Below, piece by piece: positions 7,248-14,000 of a stretch of DNA of 16,730 nucleotides. Made by a program: the position numbers and the translations under genes. A model generated the notes under the pieces. The model made no database searches, was not told the DNA's origin, and saw only the letters and a program-made list of their open reading frames with translations. Position 1 is the stretch's first letter; each line of letters opens with the position of its first letter. Source of the DNA: a virus (taxonomy: Duplodnaviria; Heunggongvirae; Uroviricota; Caudoviricetes); the IMG/VR virus record IMGVR_UViG_3300033070_001087, positions 80,177-96,906 of that record. The stretch is one strand, 5' to 3'.

Positions 7248-8006
7248 ATGTTTGAAATTATTAAAGAAGTCTTCAGCATTAAAGGTAAATTCCAATCTGA
7301 AATTGAAGAGAATTTACTCGCCTTTAGTGATGAAGATAAAAATCCAATTATCGCAAGATTCTTTTTACTCAATGTAATTTGTACCTATGGTATGGGTTGG
7401 TTAATGTTAGGATTAGGTATAGTAGCCAATATCATAGTATTACCAGTAATAGTGATATTCTTATTTGAAAAAATAATTATAATTCCTATTAAAAATACCA
7501 GAGAAAAAATACGAGAATTAAAGAAGATTCGAGACAGATTAAAAAGAGTTAAAGGAGTTATTAATAAACATGAAGAATTTGTATTAGAAGGAAATTCTGA
7601 TAGATTTTTTTTCTTAGCTGATCACAGTGGTACTCCAATAATTAATGATTATATGTCTCATAATTTGGAAAAGTTTATTCAATATTTTATATCATCATAT
7701 AATTATAATTGGTACACAGTTGATAGTATAACATTAAAACCAGTATGTAATACAAATAAGCGTAGATCACTTGGTGATATATTCTTAACTTGTAGATGCT
7801 ATTTTCCAAGTTGTACTATGGAACAAGTACTAATTATACTTATTGATTTATTAGAGAAAAAAAAAATTGGAGGAGGATCTTATTGTAATACCATTTATAA
7901 ATATGTATTTCATAATCAAAGTAAGATTTATAATAGATATGATCCCGTTGAATATTCTAAAGATATTAATTTTGAAGACTTAATCGAAGTTTATAAGAAG
8001 AAATAA
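7248..8006 (+). CDS. Putative membrane protein with a C-terminal winged-helix-like domain paralogous to 2628-3110
   Basis: About 45-residue hydrophobic stretch (IIARFFLL...IIIIPI, ~7347-7490) followed by a basic segment; then the paralogous core at 7746-7850; internal in-frame ATG at 7653. Confidence 0.72.
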   Translation: MFEIIKEVFSIKGKFQSEIEENLLAFSDEDKNPIIARFFLLNVICTYGMGWLMLGLGIVANIIVLPVIVIFLFEKIIIIPIKNTREKIRELKKIRDRLKRVKGVINKHEEFVLEGNSDRFFFLADHSGTPIINDYMSHNLEKFIQYFISSYNYNWYTVDSITLKPVCNTNKRRSLGDIFLTCRCYFPSCTMEQVLIILIDLLEKKKIGGGSYCNTIYKYVFHNQSKIYNRYDPVEYSKDINFEDLIEVYKKK

Positions 8007-8008
8007 AA

Positions 8009-8042
8009 TTTAAAGCCAGAGCAATGAAACTCTGGCTTTAAA
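8009..8042. terminator. Probable bidirectional intrinsic terminator between convergent gene blocks
   Basis: Perfect 13-bp inverted repeat TTTAAAGCCAGAG (8009-8021) / CTCTGGCTTTAAA (8030-8042), 8-nt loop, T/A tracts on both flanks, between the stops at 8006 (+) and 8061 (-). Confidence 0.85.
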
Positions 8043-8060
8043 AAATTTGCTAACCTCAAT

Positions 8061-11000
8061 TTATCTCAATTTATTATCTTTAAAATCAAAAAATCCATAC
8101 TGATCAACATTAATGTTATTTACTTTATTATAAAAATCCTGACCAAATGCAGTGTAAGGTACTGATTTAAGGAAAGTATTTAAACCTCTTATATCACCTT
8201 TTTCTGTTCTTACATTCTCCCCATCATTAAAGATTTCATCTAATCCATTAAACAAAATTAATTGAGTACCTGCAGTTGCAAAGTCATATGCTTTTTTAAC
8301 AACTACTGGAGTAGCAACTGTTGTTCCTGTTCTTAATAGGTCAATAAAGTTGTATTGCTGTGAGGCATTATCAATTAGATAAGTCTTCCATGCTTTTTTC
8401 CAAGTATCATCATCATCAGCATCTCCAAATAATAATATATAACCACCATAAGCTAATATAACAAATGAAGCAGTAACTAAAGCATCAATTAGATTTAATT
8501 TCTGTTCGTTACTTGCTCTACTCCAATATTCCATGAAACCTCCAGCAGCTGATATATGTGGGTTTATTCTAATAATAGCTGCAAATGCATTTGCTAATGT
8601 TCTCCATTTACCTTCTATTTCTCTAGCATTCCATTCAAGAACTGTAATATCATTACCATTCTCGTCTTTTTTGCTAACTTCATTATACCAACCTAAAGCT
8701 CTTGATGGTTGTTTACCTTGAAGACCATTAAGTATTAATCTTGGAAAGAATTTTTTTAGAACCACTGTTATCTTACCTAGTGCATAGTGTTCTAATCTAA
8801 TTGATTCTTCACGTCTATAATCACCTTGCATTCTTGCAGATACAGCTTTGAATCTATACATTTCATCATCAGATATTCCATTTACTTTTCTTGTAACATT
8901 ACCATCCTGAATAGTTCTTTCTGGACCAATCCATTCTAGTTTACTGTATTTACTTCCTTCAATTGGTACAGCTTTATATAAATCATATATAGGTACATCT
9001 TTACCATCGACTTTAATTGTATAATGTTTAAGCTGTGCAGCTAATGTAGTATAAGATAAATATTTCTCACCTATTGTATGAAAAATATACATATTATCAG
9101 AACTAAATAATGGATTTCGATCTGATTTAAATTTTCTTGAATTAGAACCAAATCGATAATTATCTGCTAAGTATCCAAATTTTTCAGCAATTAAAAACAA
9201 TTTATTAGAATACAATTTACTTTCTCCCATCATTGAATCAGCTGATAGTTTCATATATTCTTTTTCAGCCCATAATGCATCACTATAAGTATAATCTATC
9301 TGTTTAGAATCCAACTCACCAATTAATCTTTTACCTACTGAATATTTTAAAGCTTCTTTGTACTTAACCATATTACCCATTAACATATTACCCAAACCAG
9401 AAATAGGTTTTAACCACATTACTGATGCAGTTGCACCTTGAGATAATAATAGCATTGACTTATCAATATCAATTTTCTTATCTCCAACTATTAATTCTTT
9501 GTTTAGATAATTGACTTTTGTAATAGGAATATCCTTAATTTCATATTCAATTCTATCTTTTATAAATTTAGTTAAATTTTCATACTTTTGTTTCCATTGT
9601 TTTGATTCTGGATCAAAATATGATGTTGGACCAGTTGTATCATTATCTTCTTGTAATAACATTGTAATAGCACGACCTGTATGATATACTTCATCTAAGT
9701 GAATCTTTCTTTCTATCGCATCAATAAACATCTCAAATACTTTATCTAGTTTTACAGAGTATAATTGTTTGTCTTCAATTTCACTATTTCCTAAATATTT
9801 AATTGGTATTGCTGCAGTGTCTTCGTTAATATTGAATAGATTCTCAAAGTATTTTGTTAATTGTCTATTAGCCCAGTTGGATATTAACTTTTTTCCACCT
9901 TCAATAGTTCCTTTTTCTTGCATAATTCTTTCCTGATATTCTTCAGGTAGAATTGGAGTTTTAGGAAACCATCCTGGATAATATTCAAATGGATCTTTAC
10001 CTTTATTATAAGCTTCAAGATGTGTAATACCTTCGGTCTGTCCTCTATCATTAATATAGAAACTACCAACTGTATTTAAATAAGCATCTTTAGAGAAGTA
10101 AGAAGCAAAAGTATTATTTATATAATCTACAAATGCTTTTTCATCATTACTTAAAGAAATGTATTCAGCATCATTTAAATCTTTATGAACTAATCTTTCT
10201 ATCGTTTTACCTAATTTTTGATTATATTCTTTTTTAATAAACTTACCAAATAATTTTCTTTGGGAGTTCATATTAATAGGTGAAGATTTAGGAAGTACTT
10301 TATCTACTAAAGATCTTAATTCTAATACTTTTTCTTCAGTTGCAAATCGAGCTTTATTTTGTCTTGCAAACTTAAACTTATTCCATGTAGCAAAGATAGG
10401 ATTATTATCTATATCTTTATTACTACCTATATTTAGATGTAAAAAATCTATATCTTTAGTTGATAAGTAAACTAATCCTTTATCACCAGTTAAATTTATC
10501 CATTGCTGAATTAATTCCAGTAATCTTTCTTTTCTGTATTTTTCTAAAGACTTAATCTTAACATTTTCACCAAATCTTTTAATCTCAACTTCATCTTTTG
10601 TAGGATTCATTATTTTTAAATCGTCTCTTTCTGTAGAATCTAGTAATAATATTTCTTGAAGTATTTTTTCTTCTTCACTTTTTTTAGTTAATAATTCTTT
10701 ACCATATGTAACTGTACTTAAATTACTTCCAAAATTTGGATCATAAGAATTTATATAATTTTTTGAATTAAATAAATCATCTATTGATGTTCCACCATTA
10801 ACTTTGTATTCTTCTTCCAGTTGTTCATATAAAGATTTATCTCCCTCTTTAATTAATCCTAAATGTAATTGGTGTTTTTTATTTTCTAAAAAAGATTTAA
10901 TCATTGGTAAGAAAGAATTAACTTCAACAATATCATCTGATAAAGTATTTCTATCTAACAATTTCATAAAATTTTCTTTAGAGTTTGTTATAGGTAGATG

Positions 11001-14000
11001 AAGTATTGAGAGTTTTTTAAACTTGATATTTGGATTATTTAATCTAACCATTAAAGCATAGAACATGATTTGTAACTTAGCTTTGTTTCTTTCAGTATAT
11101 GTAATATTAAATTCATTAGTTAAACCATAAGCAAACATGTTAGTGAAATCTCCTTCAGAGAAGAATTGAGATGTTTTCATATCAAATAAAGAATACTCTC
11201 CATCTGTATGACGAATCATCATATCTATTGTACCTGCTTTACTTAATGACTTAGAAAATGTAGGGATAGAAAAATCTATTTTACTTCCATCGTTATTTAA
11301 AAGATTAGATTTCATTTTATTGAAAACTATTTTTCTAATTATATCATTATCTTGTAATAATAATATTTTATCATAGATTTCAGAAGGTAATTTGTCCATG
11401 TAAGATAATACTTCTTGTCTTGCTGTATCATCTCTTGTAATCATATATTTAAATAAAGACTCAGTCATTTTACCTCTTAATAAAGCTTGATCTCTTAATA
11501 TTGTATCTTCTTTAATATACTCTTCTTCTGTAACATTTTTTGAAAATTTAGGAATATATAACGTTTCTCCTTCAGGAACATTCTTAAATAATTCTTTAGC
11601 TCTATAAATTATTGGTCCTTGTTTATACCTTTCATAATTATATCCTTTTATAAAATAAGTCTGGAATCCTTTTAATTCATTAGTTGAACGATCAAATTTT
11701 TGTTTATCTGACTCATAATAATCTAACTCTTCACCATTCTGATCTTTACCTAATTTCAATCCTATATCATCAGAAGCTTTTCTAACTTCAATAAAATTTT
11801 CTTGATAGTTAGGTACACGAAGAGGAGCTACATTACTCATGCTGATTGATATATCTGAGTCTTCTTCTATTGAAGTATTAGAATCATTAGATACTAATTC
11901 TAATGTACTATTAATAACTTCATATAACATATTGCCTTCAGACACACCAAAAATATTTGCAATAGCATTTTTAAATCTAGTCCATAAAGATTTCTTATTA
12001 ACCTTTTTAGAAGCTAGCCATTGTTGAAATTCTTTATTAGAAAATGCTTCAGATACAAATTCATCTAAATTAGTTAAAGCATAAGTATTAATCTTATTTT
12101 TATTATCTTTTTTACCCTCAAGAACTGCTGCTCTATAAAGAGATTCTAATCTTTTTTTAGCTTCTTTTTGTTGAGTAGTTAATAAGTTTTCTTCTTTATT
12201 AAGAACATTATAAGCTGCATGATGTAATAACTCATGAGTAAATGTTTTAGACAATTCACCATTCGTTTTTAAATCACTACTCATTTGTATAATATAAGAT
12301 TTACCATTACCTACTTTAGTCCACATACCAAGAGTCTTCTCAGTTTTCTTTTTCTTAGGAAAGTCAAATCCGAATTCAACAGTTGTGTTATTAAATGTTA
12401 TAAATGGTTTTAATACTTTTACTAATTCATAGTGTATTGGATCTAAAAATTTGTTTGCTTGATTAATTACATCAGCTAAACTTTGAGTTCCAGTAGTAAA
12501 TGAAGCTTTTTCAGTGTTAGTTTTATCAACTTTAATTGTTTCTTTAGAAGGTTCTAATTTAACAATCTCATTTACTAATGGTACCATTGGTCTTTCACTT
12601 TCTGGTATTTCTGTAAAAGTAACTAGTCTTGTTTCAGTATTTATTTTATCTATCTGAATAAATTTAGTATCTAATCTTAATGGATCATTAATATCTGATA
12701 TAGATATTTTAACTGGAATATTACTAGAACCTATTTTATTTAACAAGAAGTTTGAATTAGTTTCATTAGCTAAAGTAATTTTTCCATTTTCAAGAGTAGA
12801 ATACTTAATATGAAAGTAATCAGGTGCAAATCTATTATATAATCCTTCGTTAGAATTACTAAAAATTTGTGAATTACTTTTGTAAACTTTATTATTCTTA
12901 ATTAAAGAAACTAATTGATAAAAAGCTTTTTCACTATTTGAATATACAAGCTTGTATACTTTAGTTTGATAGTAATCTGGTTTTCTTTCAGATCTTTCAT
13001 CACCATCTTCAGGATTAGATTCTAAGCTATCAAAATTATCTTCAAAGTCTTCTTGACTTTTAAAGTTCGATTTATAAACTGGATGTTTAATTTTAATAAA
13101 TTCAGCTGAATTATTATTAAAAGCAGTTGTTATATCATAATAGATTCTTTGATTACCTGAATCATAGAAATAATTACTTTCATTTTTAAATTCATAAGGA
13201 TCATTAAAGTCTAACATTTTATCTGCATTAGTAGTAGTAATGTTAGAATTGTAAACATGATATATATTAGATAACTCTTTTAATGAGAAATTATTTAAAA
13301 TATTTTTCATTAGATTCTCATAATTATAATACTGATCTCTATAAATAAAACCAGGTAACAATTGAGAGTATGAAGATGAACTATTACGCATACCTTCAGT
13401 AAGAATATTATATTGTACAAATTCTCTTTGTAAATCAGATGTTCTTGACTGACCTTCAGCTGTTGGATCTCTATGTACTACTCGATAGAAATTATCTCCA
13501 AATTTGTATTTTAAATTTTCATTCTTTAAGCCATTATATTCATCTTTGGATATATCTCTAATATCATATTTAGCTAGCTCTTTAAATGCAGCTTCAAATT
13601 CAGCTTTATCTAAAGGAGTTATTTTATTATCAAGATAGAATGCTAATCTTTTTAAATCTGAAGAATATCCAGAATCTAAAGAAGAGAATCTTTTGATAAA
13701 ATAATTATCAGGCATTATATCTTTTAAGACTCTAATCTTATTAACAAAATGTTGAACAAATGCTTCTTGTCCTAATAATTGTTTATTAGATTTAAAGTTT
13801 CTAATCTTATAATTAAAAGGAGTAATGTTGATATTACTACCTGTAAAGTACAATGATGAATAGATGAACTTAATAAACTCATCTTGTTTATATTTTATAT
13901 CATTAAACTTATTAACATCAAATGTTAAATGGTTTAATGTTGAGAAAAAGTCTTGAATTTTATCTGAGTGTTTAAAAAAGTTTTTATTTAACAACTCTCT

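Noticed and set aside
7245-7250. TAG immediately followed by an in-frame ATG, suggesting TAG-to-Gln recoding (known in some crAss-like phages) that would fuse the Zn-ribbon gene to the membrane protein
   Set aside because: The giant ORF runs at least 2889 codons with no in-frame TAG, no gene appears fragmented, and TGA and TAA act as stops at coupled junctions. Standard code is the simpler reading; occasional read-through cannot be excluded.
1127-7377. Short alternative-frame and antisense ORFs in the track (1127-1321, 1397-1594, 3895-4086, 5166-5396, 5480-5710, 5500-5736, 5679-5861, 5951-6157, 6497-6682, 7124-7372, 7165-7377)
   Set aside because: They lie within motif-supported CDSs or better-fitting genes and show no recognisable motifs; expected shadow ORFs.
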